Below, one piece after another: positions 1 through 12,193 of a stretch of 64,000 nt of DNA (positions within the stretch are counted from its first letter, which is position 1; every line of letters begins with the position of its first letter). The notes below the pieces were generated by a model. That model worked only from the letters and a program-made list of their open reading frames with translations, was not told the origin of the DNA and searched no databases. Origin of the DNA: Massalongia carnosa (Eukaryota). The DNA is taken from positions 2,170,001 through 2,234,000 of the forward strand of contig OZ287073.1 of assembly GCA_965645245.1 (NCBI GenBank). The letters are read 5' to 3'. Position numbers and translations under genes: made by a program.

Positions 1-1574
1 GGACCGGAGGATAGAGCGGTAGTTGACAAAGAATTCGATGCGATGCACAAGAGTGGCAAGATGGAATGGACAACCAAACCCACACCATTTGCATACCCAG
101 TATTCGTGGTATGGCGAACAATTCATCTCCCAGGGAAGACTCTAGAAAGGAAGGGCCGCGTCGTCATAGATATTCGAGGGCTCAATAAGTTATCCGAATT
201 CGATGCTTACCCAATGCCTTTACAGGCGGATGTTACCGCTATTCAGGGCTGCACCTACATCAGCGTCATGGACGGGGCAGGTTTCTTCCATCAGTGGCCA
301 GTAAAAAAATCGGACCGCCACAAACTCACAGTAGTATCTCATAGAGGATCAGAACAATGGAACGTGGCAGTAATGGGATACAGAAACAGCCCGGCCTATG
401 CGCAACGTCAAATCGACGGGATTCTCAGGCCATATCGAGCTTTTGCCAGGGCATACGTAGATGATATAGTCATATTCAGCCACTCTTTGGAAGAGCATAT
501 TCGCCATCTCAATCAGATTTTCGAACTATTCAGCAAAATCAATCTGGCAATCAAGCCTTCTAAGACGTACCTCGGATACCCTACCATCACACTTCTAGGA
601 CAGAAGGTGGATAGTCTTGGCCTCACAACGAAAAACTATCCGCAATAGCAGGCATGAGTTTCCCAGAAAGGCTCAAAGATCTCGAGCGATATCTTGGATT
701 CACCGGATGGCTTCGCGATTATGTACCATACTACGCACAAAAGGCGGAACCGTTGCAAATTCGGAAGACCATGCTTCTTAGAGACTCTCCTTCCAACAAG
801 GGTAAAGCTAGGAAGAACTATAGCCTTCGAACCCTAATCGCAGACCCATCTGATGCAGAGCTGGACGCCTACTCTCAATTACAAGAAGCATTCAGCAAGC
901 CTAGCATGCTCACTCATTTTTCCACAACACGAAGACTGTACGCCGACGTAGATACCTCCAAGCAAGGAGTAGGAGTTATGGTATATCATTCAAAAAGCGA
1001 CAGAGGTAATGACGGAGTATCAATACCCGCACTACCTCCGAAAAAGACAAGACGTAGACCCCATCCTGTTTCTTAGCAAAACTCTTTCGGCCGCCGAATC
1101 AAGATACTGGCTGTTGAATAAAAGATCAACCAGGCATACGGCAGCGGGATGCAGGAGATGAGGGTCTATTGACAAGTACAGCATATCATCCACAGACGGA
1201 CGGTTTATCCGAAAGAACAAATCAAACCGTGGAGATAGCGCTTCGATACCTGATCACAGAGAATCCCGATATAAAGTGTAGTGAAAGCGCTTCCAGCTTT
1301 ACAAGCAAGTCTGAACAATTCCCCCACGTCATCCACAGGACTATCTCCCAATGAAATAATGTACGGATTCAAAGTGAAAGAAATATTGTCAACACTGGCT
1401 CCCGATAAAGAGCCAAACATAGCCGAAAAAAGACTCGAGTATGCACAATAGGCCGCAGACGCCACATCTTTTGCCAATGCAAAAGCCAAGATCTATTACG
1501 ATGCAAGACACAAGCCTTTGTTATTGAAGGAAGGGGACCATGCGTATTTACGCCTTCACAATGGGTATCAATTA

Positions 1575-4430
1575 ATCGTCGGCCTCGCTTAGCTGCCTCC
1601 ATACGAGGAGTACCACCTCTAGTCGGGGAAAGCGGTCTGCGTAGGCAAGCGATCTGCGTAGTTTCAATTTCAGGATTTGTCCAAATTCACCCATTTTACA
1701 ACCTATTTTGCAGCTTTTTGCACCACTTCTCGACCGCAACCTACGACCGTTAACTGTTATTATTCATACCATAGATAGATATTAACTGCACATCCTAACT
1801 ACACATTGATTAACCGGGATATTCACCTTTATTCAATTGCGACCGCATCAGTTGCATGCCTCCTATTTCGTCAATCACTCTCTCCCTATTTCATCAACCG
1901 CTCCCCACCTCAATCATGAATAGCAGCAGCGTCATGAATAAGAGCCTTATTAAAACCAGTGATTCTATTGCAACGCGCGTGCAAAATGCTAAGCAGTTTT
2001 TATTAGAAAACCCTAAGGAATGCATCGTTTGCGCTGCTCGAATCTTCAACCTCGCCGAGACCACTCTTTATAGTTCAATTGAACGTGAAAAGACGCCGCC
2101 GAAGAAAACTGGAGGGCAGAACAAAATACTGGAGGAGCATCAGGTCAGAGCCATTCACGAATTCATTCGATCTCTGATTGCGTATGGCATTCAACCTACT
2201 CATAAAGTGGTTTTGGCTGCCATTACGACTCTGAAACGTGCTCAAGATGCTGAATTCAATGGTCCAAGTCCACGGTGGTTTAGGCAATGGTGGAAAGACA
2301 ATGGCCTGCACAAGATAAAGACCAAGCCGCTGGCAGTTGTTCGATATACTGCGGCTCAGGAGTCAGATGTGAGATCATGGTTTGATCGATATCAGCGGGT
2401 TCTTGCAGAGTTGGGGATAACTCGTTCCCAAGATATCTGGAACTTTGATGAAGCAGGATTTCGAGTTGGGTGTATGAAGGGTCATGAAATTCTAGTTCCA
2501 TCAGATATTAAGGAGTTCTATTCGATCAGTCCAGAAAATCGCAAATATCTCACCATAATCGAAAGCATCAACGCCGCCGGTCATCAACCACCCCCCCGTT
2601 TTAATCATGCAAGGTCGTAGAATAATGCAGAACTGGTTCCAAGAAGGGCTGCCCACGGGGACTCTGGTCCAAGTATCAGAAAGTGGGTTCATCACCGATG
2701 AAATAGCCATTGAATTTTTGAAGCATTTCATTGCGAATACAAACTCGGGGCCTACAAAGCAGTGGAAATTGATGCTCATGGATAATTATGGGACTCATTG
2801 CACCCCTGAGTTTATAAAGCTTGCCAATGAAAATCACATTCGCCCTCTTCCCCTGATACCACATCTGACTCATTGTATGCAACCCCTTGATGTGGGTGTA
2901 TTTCAACCCTATAAGCATTGGCATGATAAGGCTATCCAAGATGTCCTTGCAGAGTTCAACACCGAGTATTCATTCACTCGGTTTTGTCAAGACCTCACCA
3001 AAATACGAGACAACACTTTCACAAGCTCCACCATTCGATCTGCTTTTAGAAAGGCCGGAATGTGGCCTATCAATAGGGGGTTATGCATTAAACAGCTTAA
3101 AAAATTCGCCGCCCCAGGGGTTGAAGGGCCCGTTCGAATGCTGCGGGGTGAGCAGGTGATGCCGGGCCACCTGCCGGGTCAGAAGCGCGCGAATGAGGAT
3201 CCCCCCTTCCAGTGTTGCCCGCACGAATTCAACCTCAAACCTTCGATGATGTTGAAAGGGGGCTGATTGATTGGTTGCCAAAAATTCAGAATGTTACGCA
3301 GTGGAGTGATGATAATCGGCCAAACGAGTTTGAACAGTTAGTTGATAGTACGAAGCAGATTGTTGCAAAATCAAATCTCACCGACTTCGAACTGAAAGTT
3401 ATCCGCAAAAGGAGAAATGATAAATTGCTACACAAAGCAACCTCTCGCAAGAGGATAAGATCTGCCTATTCGGAGGCGTCAGGACTCACAAAGGAGGACG
3501 CAGAACGAGTCATTGCCGAAAAGAAAGAAAAAGAAGAACGAGAGGAAAGAAGAAAGGAGCACAACAATTACATGAGAATATGGCGAATAGAACGTAATGC
3601 TATACACATCAAGGGAGTTGCTGCGCGAAAAGATGAAAGAGTTCGGCAAAAACAAGTCAAGGAGCTCGATAGGCAAGGCGTCATCATTCCTATTGATAAG
3701 CTGACTCCCATTGAAGATCCCGAAGCAGAATGGAAGAATACAAAATCTATTTGGAAGATGGAGGAGGCGAGGAATGAGGCGGCAAGAAAGAAGAAAGGGC
3801 AGACTGCAGATGAGACAGATGAAGATAGGGATGAGATCGAATTCATCACGGATACTATAGGTGATGATAGTCTACGAGTTATAGAAGATGACTCTATTCG
3901 CGAGCAGACAAACTTCATAGCTTTTGATGAGAATAATGAGAATTATGAGGGTGATGAGGGTGATGAGGATGAGAATAATGAAGGTGATAAGGGTGATGAG
4001 GATAAGCAGTTTAACTTTTATCAAGGGGGCTATCGTCAGACTAGGAGTTACTATTAGAACGCGCAATTGATATATATCTACTTATTAATAATATTTGCAA
4101 ATGAGGTTAAAAATAAAGCAAATGGAGGTTGCAAATCATGATGAGACGGCGTCGCAAATGAGTTGTAAATAGGTGATGAAATTGGATAAATATAATGCAT
4201 TCCCTGTTGATAAATGAGCAGTTAGGATTTGCAGTTGATATCTATCTATGGTATGAATAATAATAGCTAATGGTCGTAGGTTGCGGTCGAGAAGTGTCGC
4301 AAAAAGCTGCAAAATAGGTGGTAAACTGAAATTGAAACTACGCAGATCGCTTGCCTACGCAGACCGCTTTCCCCGACTAGAGGTGGTACTAGTACACCTC
4401 GTATGGAGGCAGCTAAGCGAGGCCGACGAT
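1575..4430 (+). mobile_element. pogo/Fot1-like DNA transposon with long imperfect TIRs
   Basis: TIR ATCGTCGGCCTCGCTTAGCTGCCTCC at both ends, with inverted similarity extending ~250 bp. TA at 1573-1574 and 4431-4432. Host frame is restored on excision. Confidence 0.95.
1916..4057 (+). pseudogene. pogo transposase (HTH + DDE_1) with two frameshifts
   Basis: WNFDEAGF, LMLMDNYGTH and HCMQPLDVGVF motifs across three overlapping ORFs. Both shifts lie in poly-C runs (~2591-2597, ~3201-3206). Acidic C-terminal tail. Confidence 0.9.
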
Positions 4431-4525
4431 TACCGGGCAAACTTAATAAGAAGCTGAGAAATCAGCGAACTGGAACCTTTCTCATTAAGAAAATGGTAGG
4501 GCGCCTGGCGTACGAACTAGAGCTA

Positions 4526-4588
4526 ACATAGGCAACGGGACAAACTGGGCCACGGGACTAACTAAATTTCGCTTAATTTCTAAAGCCT
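4526..4588 (-). mobile_element. Orphan pogo-type terminal fragment
   Basis: After TA (4524-4525), ACATAGGCAACGGGACAAACTGGGCCACGGGACTAACTAAATTTCGCTTAATT resembles the reverse complement of the right end of the 4945-7274 element. No partner end was found. Confidence 0.55.
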
Positions 4589-4731
4589 ACCTGGGTTGGG
4601 TTGGGTTCGGGTTGGGTTTTCATTGGGTTACCCAAATCACATGCTTAGTAATAGTAATCAATAACCTTGACTTATCAACGTGGCGATCGGCGTTAGTATC
4701 TTATGTATTCTCAACTATACCATCTACTTAC

Positions 4732-4867
4732 CACCAGGCATACTCTTCCTGGTGGTTGGTTTTCTTATCGCACCAGTTCTGGCACCTGGTCCGGGTATTC
4801 TGTCGAGTGTTCGGTTTGGAATTCGCGCAGGTTTGCGCGTACGCTTGCGCGGAGTCTTCGGTGCCAT
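4732..4867 (-). other. Short Lys/Arg-rich exon inside the hAT, weakly histone-H3-tail-like
   Basis: ATG at 4867 gives MAPKTPRKRTRKPAR...GARTGAIRKPTTRKSMPG, followed by a GTAAGT donor at 4731 and an ACTAAC branch site at ~4695. Confidence 0.35.
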
Positions 4868-4944
4868 ATCTAAAAGCAAACAGGCAAGCAGGCAAGCAGA
4901 AAGGTTACCGGTGGTCGCGCGTGGCAACTAGGTTAGGTTGGGTA

Positions 4945-7274
4945 ACGTAATTCACTAGTCAACGGGACAAACCGCTCAACGGGACTAAGAAAATCCGAAA
5001 ATATCAATATTTGGACTATCTTACATGTTGAAGCCTTTTCATCATACATTTTCCATACAAAAGTAGCTTCAAATAATAAAACTAATCAATATCATCTTAT
5101 TAAACAGTATAATCATGGCTGTTTGTAAAAAATCCACCTCTAAAAAAACCTCCAAGCTTCCTTCTTCCCACCCCACCTCCGCGTATCAACAACGATTACA
5201 ATCAGCTTTTCTGGCCTGGAAACAGACCGACAAGACTCTTTCTATCACGAAGGCAGCTGCTCTGTATGGCGTTTCAAAGTCCACCCTTCATGCTCGCATT
5301 CAGGGTCGTCAACCACGATTTTCATCCGATCAAGTCAGACAGCTGTTGACACCTGAAGAAGACGACGCTTTGAAGGACTGTGTTTTACAATTGTACGCCT
5401 GGGGCTGGCCTGCTAAAGTCGCTCAATTGCGTCAAATGGCCATCGAATTATTGCGAGCAAGGGGAAATCATACTGCCCTGGGAGTTAATTGGCAACAGCA
5501 TTTTTTACATCGTCATCCCGATTTGCAGGCCAAATATAGTCGCACATTGGATCAGGAACGATTATTTGCGGAGAACGAAGAAATTTTTAAACATTTGTCC
5601 GAGCTTTTTCTTTCCGTCAAACAAAAACACGGAATTCTTGATGAAGACATCTACAATATGGATGAAAAAGGGTTCATGATGGGGGTGGCCGCTAGTGCTA
5701 AAGTGGTAATACCTAAGCACGAAAAGCAGGCCTTTTCAGCACAATCAGGTAATCGAGAATGGGTGTCATTAATCGAGGCCATTTCTGCTACTGGACGCAG
5801 TCTACCCCTCTTCGTCATTTTCAAAGGGGTAAACAAACTAAAGGCCTGGTTTGATGTTCTGGAAGATATTCACAGCCAAATTGCCACCAGTGAAAACGGA
5901 TGGACAGATAACGAACTAGGTGTCGATTGGTTGAAAAGATGTTTTGAACCTGCTACTGCAAAATATTTACATGGTGATTATCGACTTCTGATGGTAGACG
6001 GTCATGCTTCTCATATTTCTACTGAATTTATCAAGTTTTGCAATGAAAAGAAAATAATTCCTCTATATCTACCTCCTCATACTACACATTTACTACAACC
6101 TCTAGACGTGAGCGTTTTCGGTCCCCTGTCTCGGGAGTATAAAAAACAACTGGAGGCCGTCACTCGATTCAACGTTTGTTCGATTGACAAGGTGGACTTT
6201 TTGAAGATCATACAAAAGCAAGAAAAGAAGCAATCAACACAAAAAACGTGCTCACTGCGTGGAGAGTCACCGGATTAGTGCCATACAATCCTTCTCTAGT
6301 TCTTCAGAAACTCTCTAATAAACAATCGGTGTTGCGAAAAACTGACAGCATAATTACCACTACCATCACCACCACTACCACCACCACTACTTCCACTTTT
6401 ACGAATGTCGGAATTGATCCGGAAACCACGTCGGTCTCTGACCCTGACACTCCGATAATTCAGAGTTCTCAGAAAGCTGTCATCGAGGTGGAAAAGACAC
6501 CTGCAAATATCGATCAATTAGATCAATTGATTCGTCGAATTCGATCTGATGAGAATTCAGACTCGACACCCGCCCGAGCGCTAAACAAATTGATAAAGGG
6601 GGCCAAATACGCCTTTGCCGACTCTACCTTGCTACGAATTACCAACAACGAGCTTCTTCAGGCCAATTTACGGCGGCATCATCGAGCCAATCGTAGCGGG
6701 GCTTACTATGGTGGAAAGGCTCGAGTCCTGAGCCTCGAAGACGTTCAACAAAGACAGCAATAGGCTAAAACTCAACAGAAGGTGAAGGATGACAAAAAGA
6801 AGGCCGCTCAGTTGAAACGAGCGGAGCAGGATCTTATCAAAACCTTCAGAGAAATGTGTCGATTTGGGCCTGATTTACTAGGACAAACGTCTACATCCCC
6901 TACGAAAAGTCCTCAAAAAATTCCCTGTAATTCACAAAGAAGGCCTGTAAGTCCTTCAGAAGAGTGTTTGTTACCCCCCTTCGTGCTTCATCCAATCACG
7001 GAGGTGACAGAGACGGTGGAAGGGGCAAAGGAGGTGGTGGAGGTGGTTGAGGTGGTGAAGGAGGTTCAAACTACCAGACGGGGTCGTATTGTTCGTCCAC
7101 CTCGTAAAATGTGATTGTTTTAGTAAACTTACATGCAGATGATCATTATTTTTACAATTATTAGACATTGAAGCCGAAACTGTATGTAAAATGGGTGGGA
7201 GGGAGGCTTCAAGAATTAAGCGAAATTTAGTTAGTCCCGTTGAGCGGTTTGTCCCGTTGACTAGTGAATTACGT
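4945..7274 (+). mobile_element. pogo/Fot1-like DNA transposon nested in the hAT
   Basis: TIR ACGTAATTCACTAGTCAACGGGACAAACCGCTCAACGGGACTAA at both ends. TA TSD at 4943-4944 and 7275-7276. Confidence 0.95.
5115..7114 (+). pseudogene. pogo transposase with a frameshift (~6220-6250) and an internal stop (6761-6763)
   Basis: psq-like HTH, CENP-B HTH, YNMDEKGF, LMVDGHASH, HLLQPLDV. Confidence 0.9.
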
Positions 7275-7490
7275 TATGGTTAGGTTCAGTATGACTAGGT
7301 TGGGTTGGCTAGTTTAGGTGGAATATATATGCATGCGTTGGATTTGACTGAGTGTTTAGAATGTAAACGTAGTTATTAATGCTTTATCGCAGCATAATCT
7401 AGTCAATGAAGTTACATTCCTACAGCTACATTCCTACTGCTACATCCTATATATACATTCCTATATATACAATCCTCGTCATTCGCAACA

Positions 7491-10067
7491 ATGAGCAGCT
7501 CGCAGATGATAGATTCAGAGATATACGATCTTTAAGTTGTGGGCAAACCCACCAGATGCTACGCATATGTGGCCGAGAAGAACAAGGAGTTTATGGATTG
7601 GTGGCGAAGTACGAGATGGCATTTTGCTAAATGAAGAGAAGAGTAGAAAGGCGATGCAGAAGATCGATTGGGGATCGACCAAAAGAAAGGCGGCGGAATG
7701 GAAAGAGTTTCAGGAAGGCGCCACTGTGGGCGATGGTAATCCCAAAATAATCTGCTCGCGATACTCCCTGGTCTTGACTCATCCCTCACTAGGCTCCGGA
7801 AATAACTGCATGACTAATAACTTAAATTCCGAGTCCTGTAAAAAGACGTCGACATTGAAAGGAATGAAGCAACTTTCCTTAAAGGTTGGATATCGTGCCG
7901 AAGTATGACTACCACAATGACTACCATATTACGTGCTTTGCTAATCAATATTAGATTGAAGCAAAAAGACAAGAGGCCTTAACTCTCAACGGGCGTAGAC
8001 TAAAAAAGGATGATTTCACGCCTCAATTGCTTCGTATGATTGTTGCTCTTGGGCTACCGTTACGAAGTGTCGCCAATGTCGAATTGCAAAGAGCGTTCAA
8101 CTGTCTGCTCGATAATGTACAGTTTCCTTCACCATCGACAATCAAGAATCGCTTGATGACCCGAAGTCAAGAGATTATTCCGCTTTTGCTCGAGAGGCTA
8201 CCTAGGGGTAGTTCAAAGGTCTCTCTGGCTTAGGATTATTGGGCGTCATTTAATCGTCAAGGTTATCTGGCCATCAATGCTTACTTCATTGACGATAAAT
8301 GGAATTATCACGAAGTGCTTCTCGCCTTCGAACACGTTGAAGGCTCACACACGGGAATAAAACTTGCTGAAGTATTGAACAGCGTTTTAATTAGACATTC
8401 TATTGAAGATCGTGTTTTGGCATTAACCACGGACAGTGCATCTAATAACACAACGATGGTAGATGAGTTGCGACGAATGATACGAAGCAATCGAGCCTTG
8501 GTACTTCTACACACTGATGCTAATGAGATACAGCGAGTGCCTTATTTATCGCATGTAATTCAACTTGCCGTGAAACAGCTACTTGGGTGTATTCACATTA
8601 ATCCCAAAAATGCCCATTTCAAAACTAGCTAGGATGATAAGCAAGATAGACGAGATTTCGAAAACCCGACACCTGGAGTTCCCCTTACGCTAGCTAAGGC
8701 AAGATTTATTTTTTGGTAGTCGTTGTGGTAGTCGTTCTAAATTTCTATTAGGTTCGAGCATTAGCTGTTTACATTAACAGTAGCAATTTATGTAAGGAGA
8801 ACTTCTACGCTGTTCAACGAGCATTGAATGACGAAGAGAGACGCACTGGAAACTCGGTCAGCGGTACAGTACTAAAGCTTTTTCAAGATGTAAATACTCG
8901 ATGGGACTCCACATGTCACATGTTAATTCGAGCGCTCAAGTTGCGACAAGCGCTGAAAAGATATCATGATAAACATGAAGCCGAGTATTTGAGATTGCTC
9001 GACGTGGAATGGTCACAGATAGAATATCTTATCGATTTAACGAAGCTATTCTGCGTCTTCACAAAGATGCTTGGTCAATCAAAGCAACCGACCATTCATC
9101 AGGTGTTCGAGATCTACAATAAGCTGTTCGATCATCTGGATCAAGCTCGCGCAAGATTATCTCGTAAGCGAGTATCGTGGAAACGTGCGCTATTGAATGG
9201 CATCGAGGCGGCTGCAACGAAATTACGTTAATACTATTCTAAAACTCAGGGGTCATTAGGTTATCTATATGGAAAGGCGGCATTGCTATCTCCCAATAAG
9301 AAGGACCTAATTTTCAAAGGTCCCAATTGGGATGCGCCCTATGGGGAAAGTCGATGGGAAGATTGGCAATCTCTGGAAGCGGAATTCGATATCTACGAGA
9401 ATTCTCAAACCTCACAAGTACGCGGGCGTAATGTCGCGGTCATTCGAGACTTGAATAATCTGGATCTTCTTCTGAGTACGAATAATGCTACACCGCTCGC
9501 TCTAGATGACGAGTTCAACTGCTATCGTCAGCGAGGTAGGTTAACTGATACAATAAATCAGGTCTTTTCTCATTGTGTTCGACTTATTTACAATACACAG
9601 CGATGCATGATCGTTCGGGTCCTATTCTACAACAGTGGAAAGATCTCGAGCCGGAATTTCCACAAATGAGTATGGTTGCCAGGGACATCCTTGCTGTACC
9701 AGCCGCTGGCGTTGGATGTGAGCGCGTTTTTAGCGTTGCGGGAGCCCTTTACGATCATCGCAAGAATTTTCATCCGGATACATTCTCCGCGATGATGATG
9801 GTTCGTTTCTACGATCAGAAGGAGAATGCAGATGCAAGTTTACACTTAGATTTGGAAGAAGAAGAAAGCATGAGTCTTGAGGATTTGACTAATGAGATGC
9901 AAAGGCGACATGAAGACATAACACAGGTTTTTCAGAAGGTCTACATTAGAGATGAAGAAGACGATAACAATGACGAGGACCAGTTAACGCAGATCGGGTC
10001 ATCGCAGGTTGAGCAGGTCTCAGCGCGAGATGTAAGCATCGATTCACTTACTTTCGTGTCTTCTTGA
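7491..10067 (+). pseudogene. Intron-containing hAT transposase, disrupted
   Basis: EHVEGSHTG, LTTDSASNN, DVNTRWDST and C-terminal dimerisation motif ARDILAVPAAGVGCERVFS. Several in-frame TAA/TAG. Introns at ~7903-7954 and ~9536-9600. Confidence 0.88.
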
Positions 10068-10653
10068 GCTAATTATTCTACAGAAAAGTAAGAAACGAAC
10101 TTACAATAGCAGAAACTCCATTTCCGAGCAACGCGATAGGAATAAGAGGATTGCAACGCGCACAAGAAGGGGTAGGCTTCCATCAAGCGAGGAGGTGAAG
10201 GAGGGTATGATAGAGGAGGGTATGGTGGATGAGGTTGAGGAGGAGGAGGAGGAGGAAGAGGGTGTAGTGGATGAGGTGGAGAAGGAGGAGGAGGGTATGG
10301 TGGAGGATGAGGTAGAGGAGGGGGGTGGAGAGGGTGGGGTGACAAGAAGGTAGAGAGTAAAGGAAGAGATAGCGAGAGACTTTCTTTACGAGTTTTGAAT
10401 AGGAAGCGATGAATGGGCGACATACTTCGATATTCGATAGAAGATAGCATATGAATTTGTGATAGTCTTTATGGTAGTTCGACGTCAACGAAATAAATGT
10501 TTTATCTATAATCTACATTTTACTTTGTGATAGTCATTAAAATAAATCTACAATGATTGAAAATCCTAACTCATGTGATAAATATTGCATTCGTGTTTTG
10601 TGGTAGTCATGCTAGTAGTCATCATTTACACTCGCATATTTTTTCTGTGGGTA

Positions 10654-10718
10654 CTGATATATGGACACCCTATCCGCTACCTAGAGTCTAGGTAGCGGAT
10701 GGGGTGTCCATATATCAG
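10654..10718. mobile_element. 65-bp palindromic MITE-like insertion flanked by TA
   Basis: CTGATATATGGACACCCTATCCGCTACCTAGA-G-TCTAGGTAGCGGATGGGGTGTCCATATATCAG: 32-bp arms with one mismatch and TA on both sides. Confidence 0.7.
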
Positions 10719-10826
10719 TACTCTTTTCTGTTGGGTAACCCAACGATAACCCAACCCAACCCAAAACCCATTGGGTTGGGTTCTCATTTTAATAACCCAA
10801 CCCAACCCAACCCATTCCGCGGCGTA

Positions 10827-12108
10827 GATATCGCTCCTTATCTCTGGCTAATGCCTCCTCTTTCTGCTGTTTCTCTTCGATCTTAGCCAGCTCCTCACCC
10901 ACAGTTAGCACCCTCACTTTATCACACCCCTTTCTAGACGCCTTTTGGCGTCGCTGAGCCTGTTTTTCAAATATTTCCTGATTGAAATGCCGTAGAATAA
11001 CTCTATCAGCCACGGCATTCAATGCGGTTGTTTGAAGCAATTCAACATGCGCGCGGAGAGATAGAGTTACACGGGTTAACAAAGCATCGCTAGCTACCTA
11101 AATGCGTTTGTTCGTTATGGGGGTAGTGGTAACGATGTTGCGAGGTGAAGGAATGATAGATCTAGGCAGTTTGCCTAAAACATGCTCGGGATTGTATGGA
11201 ATAAGACCTGCCCCCCGCCATGCATTCATGATATTGATGAGGTTGTTTCCCTCTTGACTATCACTTTAGAACTATCCGCAATGCCCATGGCAAACCCCTT
11301 TTCATCCATATTGTAAATATCTTCATCTGCGACTCCATACTTTGCTCGGGTGGTCATGTACAGTTCAAACCATTCCTTCAGGATTTTGGGATTGTGACGA
11401 AGCGAGATAGTGAATAGATTTCTACCATTGCGCCACCTGTCCTCCCGACCAAAAGGCACAATACTTAGTCCGCAGACCAAGCTCTATTCTACTATAACTG
11501 GGACTCCTGCTATGTTTGCTGTAGGTCCTGCCGTCCGTACCACGCATGGGTCGAACCGTTACAGGGATGACTTGCGTGTTTTCTGGATTGATCCAAGTTT
11601 CTTTTAAATTTAGTTTTGAATTGGGGATGTCTATTCATAATAGTTTTATACCAATGATGTCCTAGGGGTTTTGAGTCTCCTTTTGCTTCCAGCAGACTTT
11701 TAGTCATGCCCTCAAGGTGTTGAATACTAGGTGGCCAGCCCCATGCAGTCATCCGATCTATCCACGTGATCAAGCCCTGTTCTTCTTCTACTGATAGTCT
11801 TTGAGTGGCCTCATGGGAGGTTTTTGCGTCACGTCTGCCTTGAAAACTGGCCTGTAAGGTCGATCGGGGAAATCTGTAAATGCGCGCTATCTCCCGCGGC
11901 GAAATGCCCGGCTTTTTGCGTATTTCTTCAATAGCCAAGTGTAATCTAGTAGCAGAGTCATGTACGGATATGTTTTTAGGCATTTTATATATAGTTTATC
12001 GATAAAGGAGTGATGGTGGTGGATTGGAAGGAAAAGATTAATATTCGGCTACTAGATTTTGAGGGGTGGCCCAATTGGGTAGCTGGCCCGAATGGGTGGC
12101 TAATACGT
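10827..12108 (-). mobile_element. Internally deleted pogo/Fot1 element
   Basis: TIR ending ACGT plus TA at 12105-12110. HTH ORF from 11983, then DIYNMDEKGF, then a direct jump to AWRGAGLIPYNP (most of the DDE core is deleted). The 3' end is cut off at the hAT boundary. Confidence 0.85.
11393..11563. mobile_element. Solo LTR (171 bp)
   Basis: TGTGACG...CGTTACA with GGGAT TSD. Removal restores the transposase frame HASH/PKILKEWF. Confidence 0.9.
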
Positions 12109-12193
12109 TAGATGCCGTATTAGGCTTAGTCCCAAGATAAGATAAGATCACCTCGCTTAGAAAGGGGTGACCAGTAATAGGAAAAGATTGCTG

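Larger units (their letters stand above)
1..4525 (+). mobile_element. Degenerate Ty3/Gypsy pol remnant (RT, RNase H, integrase), interrupted by a pogo element at 1575-4430
   Basis: RT motifs (IDIRGLN, AYVDDIVI), RNase H (LYADVDTS, FLSKTL..AESRYW) and integrase STAYHPQTDGLSERTNQ, with frameshifts. Removing 1575-4430 plus one TA rejoins NGYQL/PGKLNKKL...GTFLIKKMVGRLAYELEL (integrase C-terminus). Large deletion between RNase H (~1110) and integrase (~1170). Confidence 0.9.
4590..10826 (+). mobile_element. hAT DNA transposon, left tip missing
   Basis: GGGTTGGGTT subterminal repeats at ~4590-4635 are inverted to AACCCAACCC repeats at ~10735-10815. Right end is CCGCGGCGTA, the same TIR as the MITE at 21125. 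Contains a hAT transposase pseudogene. Confidence 0.8.

Noticed and set aside
1112..1174. 62-bp TG...CA segment at the Gypsy deletion junction as a micro solo LTR
   Set aside because: No TSD, and the apparent CA end may simply be integrase coding sequence (LTSTAY).
4590..4635. GGGTTGGGTT repeats resembling telomeric DNA (also 10735-10815)
   Set aside because: The unit is GGGTT, not TTAGGG. The repeats are inverted around a hAT transposase, so they are subterminal motifs.
10073..10450. Pro/His-rich extensin-like ORF
   Set aside because: Antisense reading of a low-complexity GGA-rich tract inside the hAT.
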